A DNA stretch of 64,000 nucleotides, from positions 9,436,787-9,500,786 of the forward strand of contig NC_068983.1 of NCBI RefSeq assembly GCF_001194135.2. The letters are read 5' to 3'. The notes under the pieces were generated by a model that was not told the DNA's origin, did no database searches, and saw only the letters and a list, made by a program, of their open reading frames with translations. Source of the DNA: Octopus bimaculoides (Eukaryota). Below are positions 37,690 through 48,285 of this stretch, one piece after another. Every line of letters begins with the position of its first letter. Positions within the stretch are counted from its first letter, which is position 1. The position numbers were made by a program, and so were the translations under genes.

Positions 37690-38492
37690 GAGGGCATATT
37701 ATCTTTTTAGAAGGAAAGGATGGGTCTCTGACAAGGTCATTCAGTTCAGCTTGGGAAAATGTTTGAGGTTCAAACTATCGTCAACAGCCACATAATCTTC
37801 GTCAGCAGCATTATTGTGACAGTCAGCATCATCATCTGATGTTACAACACCATCATCCGGTGGAACTGAAATTGGCAGACTTCCATTGTGAGTCACGTAA
37901 GCCATTTGAGCAAGCTGAGCATATAAAATGTGGTGCCTCTAGCTTGTCCTGATCTCTAAGAGGGCAGTCAAAGTATAGCTTATAGACCTTCTTGATCTCT
38001 GGTGTTATTGTACGTTTTTGAGCTTTCACAATAAATTGTTCACAGACAACAAAACACATCAGGACGATTCTACAGTCTTGACATTATTAACATTGTATAA
38101 CAGTTAAGGAAATAGATACAAACCGTTATACTTATATCGAATTTGAGATGATGAAATATTTCATCAGACTGGACAATTCGAGATGTTGAAATACCTAATT
38201 TACCAGACAAAACTTGATTGGTTAACTTAAGATGATGAAATATTGCATCTGAACTATGTAACAATAAATAATGTATTTTATTTTAAAGGCATGTTTCCGT
38301 CATGTAAATGAAATACATACTTAGACGTCATTAGTTGGAATTTCTATATAATGCCTGAGCTAAAACCAAAATATTTTCTCATCTCGAAAACTGTAAGTGA
38401 TGCCAAAAAACTAATTGGTTATTTGAAATCAGTAATTAAAAACTATACTAAGTACACCTCGATGCTTGATGAAAAATATTTGTTGACCAGTG
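37690..38492 (-). mobile_element. Truncated DNA transposon: left end plus transposase N-terminus (Tc1/mariner m44-like; superfamily uncertain)
   Basis: Minus ORF CFVVCEQFIVKAQKRTITPEIKKVYKLYFDCPLRDQDKLEAPHFICSACSNGLRD matches the FCYICG..Y.LYFGC.LGDQDK.WAPH..C..C motif. It is followed after a deletion by LPISVPP..EPQTFSQAELNDLVRD. The terminus reads CACTGGTCAACAAATATTTTT at 38492. Confidence 0.7.
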
Positions 38493-38842
38493 TTATAAGA
38501 TGATCGTCTGATGTTACGATGTTTGTTGTTATGTACATTTAAAAGTATTTTGACACTGTTTACGGCATAAAATATTTTAGGGATTACATAGACAATATTT
38601 TACGTATAATATGGGCAGTTCCCATGAACACTAATTCTTTAATTTCTTCCATTTTCGGATTTCCTGGTTTCTGAGCTAGGTAGCAATCAGCCCCTCTTCC
38701 TATCATTCTTAGGCTACCTATGACAACAGGTATTGCTTTAGTCCTGAAGTTCCACACTTTGCCAATTTCTGTTTGAAGAAATTTATACTTGCTCAGTTTT
38801 TGGTAGGTCTTGACAGATACATTTATGTCGATTGAGTCAATC

Positions 38843-39012
38843 GGCTATCTTTCGATTTGATGTGAGAAAACGACAACTGAAAGCACATGAGTTTTGTTTA
38901 CATCTAATCGGCCTGTGAGTGTTAGGGTTAGGGTTAGGGTTAACCGATTAGATGTAAACAAAACCCATGTGCTTTCAGTTGTCGTTTTCTCACATCAAAT
39001 CGAAAGATAGCC
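38843..39012. mobile_element. 170-bp Mutator(MULE)-type MITE with internal (TTAGGG)3
   Basis: 69-bp TIRs (38843-38911 and 38944-39012, one mismatch) starting GGC, a perfect 9-bp TSD GAGTCAATC (38834-38842 and 39013-39021), and a 32-bp spacer with TTAGGG x3. Confidence 0.85.
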
Positions 39013-39499
39013 GAGTCAATCATATCGGTGACGAGGCATTAATTTTTTCTAAAATCCTTTCATACAATGTCTGGCATAATAGCCTTTATCTTTCTGTCAG
39101 TTTGCACGATGAAATTCCAAAGGAGTGAGATGTGATCATTTTCAAACACTGGTGGGGGTTTGTGTTCCCACCAGTTTTTATCATGGGGCAAATTACCCAG
39201 TGAATATAGTCTGCTGCTCTATCATGCCTCTTGAGATACTCTGTGGGCGCAAAAAGTCTGTAGGAGACAACATGTAATAAAGATATACATAAAGCTTTTT
39301 TCCCAATGTATACAATCTTTTTTCCTCTTATATGACTTAATCATAAGAAAGTAGGTTAACAGACGAATAATATTATCTTCAGATTGGCATTCTGACCCGA
39401 ATAATTGCAACAAAGTGGATTCTACTGAAGTCTCTCATGAGCTAGCCAGCGAATCAATATTCGAAATCCGCCGATGCCAGTGTTTTCATTCATCTATTT

Positions 39500-39950
39500 G
39501 CAGGGTCAATGAAATAAATATATCTCAAGTACTGAGGTCGATACTATTGACTGTTCTTTTCTCCAAAACTATTGGATTTGCATCTACGTTTAACGAACTA
39601 TTTGCATTTCTGGAACAAAACTTTCTCGACATGTTCGAAACCATAACAGCCTCTCTTCTTCGTAGCTGGCTGGTTTCGTCCTTCCACTATTCAGACTTCT
39701 CTGCCGCACTCACGTCTTTACCAATAGTCACCTCTGTTGCATCCACCATATCCCTCGGCTCATTACTAACCATTTTGCCTAGCTTTTCTTCATGGGACAT
39801 CGGCCTTCATAATTTTTTTACTGGTCATGTCTTTTCTATAACTATTGATTTGCAACATCTTAAACAGAAATTTAACGGCACAAAAAGCACTGATCCCAGG
39901 GAGCCTGCAAACGCCATAGGCACAAACGATCCCTCCATACTCAGCTGAGT
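39500..39950 (-). pseudogene. Degraded coding remnant of unknown origin
   Basis: One minus frame of about 140 codons carries only 3 internal stops: SMEGSFVPMAFAGSLGSVLFVPLNFCLRCCKSIVIEKT*..*RPMSHEEKLGKMVSNEPRDMVDATEVTIGKDVSAAEKSE*WKDETSQLRRRE... The 177-aa plus ORF looks like its antisense shadow. Confidence 0.35.
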
Positions 39951-40789
39951 TCATACTCAAAATGACTGCAATGCACTTTGAATATTGTAGTTTTCGACGA
40001 ACTTAAATTTACGAGAAATTCATCTCCGGACAGATCCTTCCTTTTTTCTTTTTTTTTTTCGTAAATTTGCTGTATTATGTTTCCCTTGTGACTAAACAAC
40101 ATCAACAAAAGAATCAGTAGAATTAGAGAAATCAGCCGCAGCAGCAGCAACAACAATAACAAACGTGTCTTTGATGTTCTATTTAACTGACCTTGGTAAT
40201 TAAATTCGATTATTGGTTGATTGCGAAGACAATCATTTCGATGAAATCAAGAAATACATGCGATCTAATTTTTTGCTGTACGAACGAAAATGAAGCCGCT
40301 ACACGGTCGGCATTTCTTCCTGAATTAGCAGCAACACTTACTTTCAGCGAATCATTCGCTTTTCGAAATCTAAAAACAAAATGCTTGGTGAAGTGCCAGA
40401 GTTTTCGTCAAACTTCTCTGAGCTCTAAACAAAAATCTTGTTGAAGTCACTTTGCCTTTCATTATTTAGGAGCCTTTCATTATCTTGGAGCATCACTGAA
40501 TTGCGGTGAATTTGTCTAGAATGTAAGAAAATTGGACTGAATGACTTGTGGTATTTGTTCTGGCTCTTTGCATTATGAAATTCAAATCCCATCGTGGCCT
40601 ACTTAAGGGCTATATTTAATCTGTTGTTCGGTTTCACTCTGCAATCTATCTAGCATATTACGTACCTTTGGCGAAGTCCAATGTGTTGCAAAAATTTAAG
40701 TTAGATCGCCAGTTTGAAGATACCTTCACCCGACTAGCGTGAGGAGTCGTGTACAAGAACACGAGCTCTGGGCATTTTACTGGTTAGAA

Positions 40790-40950
40790 CATTGTTTCTC
40801 AACTATTCTTTGTCTATGGACCCTGTGGTTCCTATCTTGCTCAATTGAATCCTCAAGAATTATTTTGTGCATTGTAGAAAGCATAACCATTATATTGCAC
40901 ATAAATTTTGAACTCCCAAGGGCCATATAGACCCCGGTTGAGAACCACTG
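40790..40950. mobile_element. 161-bp hAT (Charlie-like) MITE
   Basis: Termini CATTGTTTCTCAAC and GTTGAGAACCACTG (hAT-type CAGTGGTTCTCAAC). Flanking 8-mers ggttagaa and gatgagga match at 5 of 8 positions. Confidence 0.6.
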
Positions 40951-41019
40951 GATGAGGAGATAACAAAAGCCATTCATAAACATATGCGATGGTTACCACC
41001 GTAAATTATTTGATTAAAT

Positions 41020-41440
41020 AGGCGTAGGAGTGGCTGTGGGGTAAGTAGCTTGCTTACCAACCACATGGTTCCGGGTTCAGTATTACTGCGTGGTACCTTG
41101 AGCAAGTGTCTTCTACTATAGCCTCGGACCGACTAAAGCATTGTGAGTGGATTTGGTTGACGGAAACTGAAAGAAGCCCGTCGTATATATGTATATATAT
41201 ATATGTGTGTGTGTGTATGTATTTGTGTTTGTGCGTCTGTGTTTGTTTCTCCCCCACCCAACATCGCTTGACATGCGATGCTGGTGTGTTTAGATCCCGT
41301 AAGCTAACGGTTTGGCAAAAAGAGACTAATAGAATAAGTACTAGGCTTCCACAGAATAAGTCCTGGGGTTGATTTGCTCGACTAAAGGCGGTGCTCCAGC
41401 ATGGCTACTGTCAAATGACTGAAACAAGTAAAAGAGTAAA
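41020..41440 (+). mobile_element. Full-length SINE-A, sense orientation
   Basis: aggcgtaggagtggctgtggggtaag...ggtgctccagcatggctactgtcaaatgactgaaacaagtaaaagagtaaaag. Confidence 0.9.
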
Positions 41441-42116
41441 AGAATAAAAGAGATATATGACCCATCGGGATAACCTGTGGTAAAACAACGACTGTAACAT
41501 GAATTATTTTCTCATGTTGCTCCACACTATTTTGTAGAAAATAAGTGATCATATTTTTACAATGTAGTGTTATAAACGGAACAACGATGCCAAAAGTATA
41601 AAGACGTTGATCATTAAGCCTGCGGTTAAAAATAACCACAGCAAACAAACTATTTACGCTTTTACATATCTACGAAACCTTAATAGCATGTCGGCAAATT
41701 CTGTTAACAATGAAGTAATGACAACACTCGTGTCATTATAGTTTTCAATATCGAACCATGCCTTTTTCTCAAGGCTTGTTAACGCTGCTTTGTTAACACT
41801 ACATTAATAGAAGCCAAACATATGGTTTCCACAAGTTTCTCATTGATGTGAACCTATTACACCTTGTTTGTTTGCAAATTGAAGCGACTGGAAATATCCA
41901 GACTGTCTGATAATAACATATTGTAATGATGCATCTATAACAAATATATGATTCATAATATACTAATGCATTTATATAGATTATCTTGTGTTGATAGTAA
42001 CGTAGCACATTGCAGCAACGCATATCAGGAAGACTCAGTCTAGATAATGTGATGGCACCATTTTATATCATAAATTTACAGACAATCTAGACCTTTCATG
42101 ATCTCTCACATGTTTA

Positions 42117-42167
<51 letters not shown>

Positions 42168-42169
<2 letters not shown>

Positions 42170-42495
42170 TAGTGTACATTTAAACACAAAAAGAGTTGAC
42201 CCTTAACAGGTCGCCTTACATGCTAGAAGGAACAGTCAAAAGTCCAAACCTAAGTTAAGAGCAGTTTCGAAGGGAATGAAAAATAAAAACATGGTAAATG
42301 TTCTTATTTTGCATTCCCTTCGAAATTGCTCTTAACTGTGGTTTGGACTTTTGACTGTTCCTTCTAGCATGTAAAGTGGTCAACCCTTTTTGTGTTTAAA
42401 TGTACACTAATTTTTATATGGAAAATATTTTGTCTATTGACTTTTTATACATGCTAGGCCACTGGTAGAAGAATTTCTATAATTTTGCTGCCCTA
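42168..42495. mobile_element. Foldback element with a ~245-bp hairpin (42168-42411) plus a unique terminal segment
   Basis: Arms attagtgtacatttaaacacaaaaag..catgctagaaggaacagtcaaaagtccaaacc..ttcgaagggaatg..aacat and their reverse complement surround the loop ggtaa. A second partial copy lies at 21364. Confidence 0.75.
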
Positions 42496-43619
42496 CATTA
42501 TATTAAGTATGTATGTGTGTGTGTGTGTGTTTGTGCTTACATACATATATGTTGTATGTCGGTGTATGTGTGTGCATATATATATGTTTGAATATACACA
42601 ATGATATATATATATATATATATAGACCAATTACTGTTTAACTGCATTTTGAGGATAGAAATGGAAAGATTGTGTCTGTATATAGGTGAATCTAAGTAAG
42701 TTTAGTCTTAAGGCACTAGTTTTTTCTTTTTGTATTTGCCGATATACGTTGTCAAACGGTATGGAATTTCATATACACATACATACATGCAAGCTTACAT
42801 ATTTGTATATATTTGTGTGTACATGTTTTTGCACTCTTATGCACGTTTGTGTGTGTGTGAGAGAACAAATACATTGTGTAGAATAAATGGGAAAATAATG
42901 CTAAATATATACTGTAGAGCCTATTAAAACCGTAAGCTTATTAAAACCGAATATCTCGCGAGTGAAGTTTTATGATATTGCATACACATCCGCTAAATTT
43001 CATTCATTCTTCCGACAGTCTATTTGTCAAGTCGAGTCTATGGAAAAAAGACAATTGACCTAGAACTACATAGTCGTGAAGGGTGCATTGTAACCAGAGA
43101 AAGTACCCATATTATATAACTGTTCATAAAACCGAAACTGAACAGCTGTTCACTCTACTGTTTCATAACCGGTGTTGGTTTCTTTACGGCCGCGTAATTA
43201 AAAGATTCGGAAAATAGAATCGTTCGATAGAAGAAATGCCAGACTTGAAAATAAATACTAGGGTCAATATGTTCGATTAAATGGTTCTTGACTATGTTGC
43301 AACGTTGCTGCAGTCCACCCGTTCCTAAATTTATAGAAAGTTCAACCATTACCATATCAACTGACTTTAACAGAAGGGCTTACAGTTGGTATCTGTACCT
43401 GCTAGAAATAACACCCTAATCACATCCTGATTCTTTTAAAACGACACATTGGTCAATGTAACTATAGATATACAGGGAGATTGTCTTTGATCATAAGTAC
43501 ATTATTTTAAGATGTGTTGTCCTTGTCTTTCTGTTAGCTATTCAAATATTTACATAACTTGCCAATAGTTATAATCAAAATAATACTTCCTATAAACAGA
43601 TTGTATTCTTTCGTTGCAG

Positions 43620-43688
43620 GTTACAAGGAAGATAGGATATAGGCGAAGCAACAGCGCCCTGGTGTACATCAAATCTGATATACTAAAG
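43620..43688 (+). CDS. Candidate 69-nt internal exon (phase 0/0) of an unidentified gene or lncRNA
   Basis: Acceptor ttgtattctttcgttgcAG|G and consensus donor AAG|GTAAGA. Only frame 0 is open: VTRKIGYRRSNSALVYIKSDILK. Confidence 0.5.
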
Positions 43689-43988
43689 GTAAGATATAGT
43701 GAAATCTCTTTATTTTAGTAGACTAGACTTTTTTATTCTAGAAGAAAAATTATGATCTTTTGAATTTTAATCAATTTCTAATTGGCAGTAGGAGATATTA
43801 AGGTTTAGGCAAGAGACCACAAATTCTAGAGGATATAGCAGGTGGCAAAATAGAATACTGCTATTTTAGCAATCGCCGGAAGGATACAAAATTTATCCTG
43901 TTGATATTCGAAATTCGAACGTCAAGAAGTGTGACTATGTACCGCAAGATATTTTGTTTACCAGATTATCAAATGAACTAATAATCCA

Positions 43989-44025
<37 letters not shown>

Positions 44026-44039
44026 GTCACCCTGTATAC

Positions 44040-45050
44040 TTATTCCATCACTCTATATCTCTTACATGACATTTTGCCTCAGCACTCTGTCAATTCTAAT
44101 ATTACTTCATCTTTCTGAACGTAATAGCTGTTGGGTCGTCACCAAGACTTTCTCTTCCCTCCTATATTTAACTGCCCACTTTTGCACTATTGGTAAAGCT
44201 AGAGTGATATTCTCTGATGTAGTAACCTTGTCAGCTTTAGAGGCTAAACCCATACTTGATAACATCAAATTTTGTCCGTTTTTAAGAAAAGACCCCACTA
44301 GTTACTTTTGAGGTCTTCTTTGAAATGTCAAATTTCAGTTTATCTGGAAAGAAACTAGAGTTCAAATTAAAGCCTGCAAGATTTCGCAGGTCTAACATCG
44401 TTCCTTCGCAGTCAACCTATGAACTATTCAACCCATCCTCCTATATTGTAAATAACTTTCTCCATTACAAACTAATACAGTGGTGTACATATATAGAATT
44501 CATTTTTATCCCAATATCTCAGGCCTTGTGCCTGTAGAAGAAAAGAAAGGATTATAGATTTCACAGTGTATAACAGCACAAAATGACGAATTGACAGAGA
44601 AGTTAGGACGCTGCGTTGAATGTTTCCCGGTATTTGCAGCAGGCTTCTGCACTCAGAACTCAAATATCGCCCAGATCAAGTTAGCCTTTCGTCCCTTCGA
44701 GGTAGATAAATAAAAGTACCACTATAGAACAGTAGATTAGTGGAACATGAACAATAAAAATATAGGGTTGGTTTTCTCACAGTATTTGTAGATGTCCTTT
44801 TCCTTTTAAATTGAAATCCCGTCATGGCTACATAGAGTGACAGTCCTATTCCGTTTCGAAATTTATCACTACCATTTTTAATCTGTCGCAAGCTTTAAGC
44901 CCATCATTTGGTATCTTGGTTGTCTTTAACGGAGTCGCAACTAGTATTCGGAGCCGATTTTCGGTTTCACAACACCTTTCTCCATTCTTCTTCCCCATAA
45001 ATTTGACAACCTTGTTAAGGTTCATGGGCACTTTTTTTACTTCCTGACAA
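44040..45050 (-). pseudogene. Degraded coding-like remnant (probably an old transposon or viral element)
   Basis: Complex sequence with several 60-70 aa minus-strand ORF pieces in succession (45031-44846, 44891-44676, 44663-44472, 44298-44107). No family confidently recognised. Confidence 0.25.
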
Positions 45051-45338
45051 GAAGTTTCGAAAAGGAAAAAAACATAAATATACTAGAAGTAGAATAATAC
45101 TGAATATATGAATACGGTTATATTTTTCTTACACGATATGAAAATGATTATATTTCAATCTAGATGTAATTTGCTACAACATAAGCGAAACAGCAGTTTT
45201 GTGTAAAAAAACTGAACGAAATTGTTCAAAATTACAACACTTTTCATTTTCTGTCATTATTCATACGTATGTATGGGTGGGTATTGATGTGTGTACGAAT
45301 GTATATATATATATATAAATATAGATAGATAGATAGAC

Positions 45339-45395
<57 letters not shown>

Positions 45396-46056
45396 TTGAC
45401 ATAGATGCATACATATATATTATATATGTTATATATATATGTATCTCTCGCTCTCTTCCTCTCTCTCTCTCTTTCTCTCTCTCTCTATCTATATATATGT
45501 ATGTATGTATCTATATATATGTATGCATATTGTTAGCATGTATTTTATATTATAAATGTGCGTGCTTGTGTGTGTCTTTTTGTGAGTATGCACATACACA
45601 TACTTATGTATATAGGCAATTCCATCTATCAAATGTACTCTTAGCGGGTAAAGAAAAAATCGGGTGAAATGGAGAGACAATATTAGATAAAATTTGATAA
45701 TATTTTCTCTGATATTTCTACATATGTCCCCTTATCTTTCATCATTATAAATCTCTTGATAATGGCTGTACATTTCGAAATTTGCATCAAACTAATACAC
45801 ATGAAACATTAATTTCAATCTTCTTCTTATAGCTCAAACTTAACAGCGAATAACAAATTACTGTTAAATCTAACAGGCATGAATATATGTATATATTTTT
45901 AATGAGTATAATGATGGTTAGATTATAGCCTGTAATGATAGTATTCCGGTGGTGCACCTTCTACATTATATTCTATAGTGATTCATTTGTTACTCTGATG
46001 GTAACAAATGAATTATTATGAGGTTTAATCTAGGAGCAACACAGAAATACTATATA

Positions 46057-46475
46057 TACTCTTTTTCTCTTTACTCTTTTACTTGTTTCAGTCATTTAAC
46101 TGCGGCCATGCTGGAGCACCGCCTTTAGTCGAGCAAATCGACCCCAGGACTTATTTTTTGTACGCCTAGTACTTTTTCTATCGGTCTCTTTTGCCGTACC
46201 GCTAAGTTACGGAGACGTTATCACACCACCATCGGTTGTCAAGCGATGTTGGAGGGGACAAACACAGACACACAAACACACACGCACACACATACACACG
46301 CATATACACATATATACGACGGGCTTCTTTCAGTTTCCGTCTACCAAATCCAGTCCCAAGGCTTTGGTCGGCCCGAGGCTATAGTAGAAGACACTTGCCC
46401 ATGGTGCCACGCAGTGGGAATGAACCCGGAACCATGTGGTTGATAAGCAAGTTACTTACCACACAGCCACTCCTG
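46057..46475 (-). mobile_element. Full-length SINE-A
   Basis: Colinear with 24805-25180. Confidence 0.9.
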
Positions 46476-46669
46476 TGAAACAAAATTTCTTAACCCAAAT
46501 AAATTCTCTAAAATGTCTTAGTAAACAGAGAAGACGCAGCCAGTTCTGAAATAGTGGTGGCTGGAATCCAGCAGTTAGGTTAGTTGAAGCAGGGCGAACA
46601 GAACGCTCCGTGGTGTTTAGGATTTGATGTGAACCATTTCAAATTTTGATAGGTAATAGATTTACACGG

Positions 46670-46820
46670 TTCATACTTAATCAACCCAGTGCATAACTGG
46701 TATTTCTTTAATTGATCGCGAAATGATGAAAAGCAAAGTCGACCTCGGCAGAATTTGAACTCAGAACGTAGCAACGGCCGAAATACCACTAAGCATTTCG
46801 TCCGGCGTGCTACCAACCCT
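46670..46820 (-). mobile_element. SINE-D partial copy
   Basis: aaagtcgacctcggcagaatttgaactcagaacgtagc..ctaagcatttcgtccggcgtgcta is the reverse complement of the SINE-D body. Confidence 0.8.
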
Positions 46821-47701
46821 ACCTAAAGTGTGATTTCTTATATAGTCCCTTTGGGGTTGTATCAATTGTATTCGTCACCCAGCACGTGTTTTCTTATTTA
46901 TTTATGTCTATGCATTGGACTCTTTCAAATTAGGAAATATAATAACAACACAATATAAACTGCAGCATTACGATTTTAATTTACTTACTATGAAATGACA
47001 TTTCACTATGTCGATACTCCGAAAGTCAAATTTGACCAACCACACGCATAGATCTTATCCGCTGCAAATTTTTCTGAGTGCCTCAGCCAGAAGCAAATCA
47101 ATTCTAGAAATGTTTCCCCATCTCAGCATGGTGGTAGGTTTATCTGCCTGCTTTAGTTATGAGTTTATCTAAACTATTTGAATTAATATTTTAGACTTCT
47201 TTCAGTGTTGCTATTACATATTTCTTTGTATTTTGTTAACGATCTGCCTAGCCTATCATAGATAAGTATCTTATTGGTGCTACAGTATATCACTACTGGT
47301 GTTAGATGTATTTGCCCATTTCGATTATCTATATATTTAATCTATTAAAAATCGAACCTAGAACAATTTTCTCTGACTGTTATTGCACGCATTAGCAGTC
47401 AGCAAAGTTATCCATAGATTTCTATGGTACTTATATGCCGACAGACTAAATTGACCGATATATGCTGAACGAGCGGAAATTGGCGAAGCTAAACGTTTAG
47501 TCTAAGGAAATTTCGAGTCGGCGGTGGTTGGACGATTACATCACTTGTCAGCATGTGTGTATACATTTGCGGCATTAAGAGCATTTATCTCTTATTTCTA
47601 GCAATTGTAGGTGTCTTGATACCCTAGTCACATAGTCACATTTAGTGGCTATTCAATTCTTCCTTTATAGCATCGGATTGCGCCTAGTTGTCCATATGAT
47701 A

Positions 47702-47739
<38 letters not shown>

Positions 47740-47951
47740 CAGAATGGGACAAGAACACAAAACATCCAGACAGTTAGGTGATACAAGAAAGGGACAAAAC
47801 ATCCAGACAGACGATACAAAGAAAACAAGGACGGGTCATTCGGAGTTTTCTTTCTTCAGTCGAGTTCCAAATTTTCCTTACAATTTCGGTTGGTTATTCT
47901 CGATATTGCTCCAATCTGGCCAGCCCTAAGGAAAACCTAAGCTAAGAGCAT
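47740..47951 (+). mobile_element. End of an unclassified repeat abutting (TA)n, with an internal 37-bp duplication; truncated by a gap
   Basis: Starts immediately after the TA run. acaaaacatccagacag occurs at 47757 and 47794. Confidence 0.4.
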
Positions 47952-48250
47952 NNNNNNNNNNNNNNNNNNNNNNNNNNNNNNNNNNNNNNNNNNNNNNNNN
48001 NNNNNNNNNNNNNNNNNNNNNNNNNNNNNNNNNNNNNNNNNNNNNNNNNNNNNNNNNNNNNNNNNNNNNNNNNNNNNNNNNNNNNNNNNNNNNNNNNNNN
48101 NNNNNNNNNNNNNNNNNNNNNNNNNNNNNNNNNNNNNNNNNNNNNNNNNNNNNNNNNNNNNNNNNNNNNNNNNNNNNNNNNNNNNNNNNNNNNNNNNNNN
48201 NNNNNNNNNNNNNNNNNNNNNNNNNNNNNNNNNNNNNNNNNNNNNNNNNN

Positions 48251-48285
<35 letters not shown>

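Noticed and set aside
38922-38939. (TTAGGG)3 as a chromosome end or fusion site
   Set aside because: Only three units, enclosed in TIRs and a 9-bp TSD, so it is part of a MITE.
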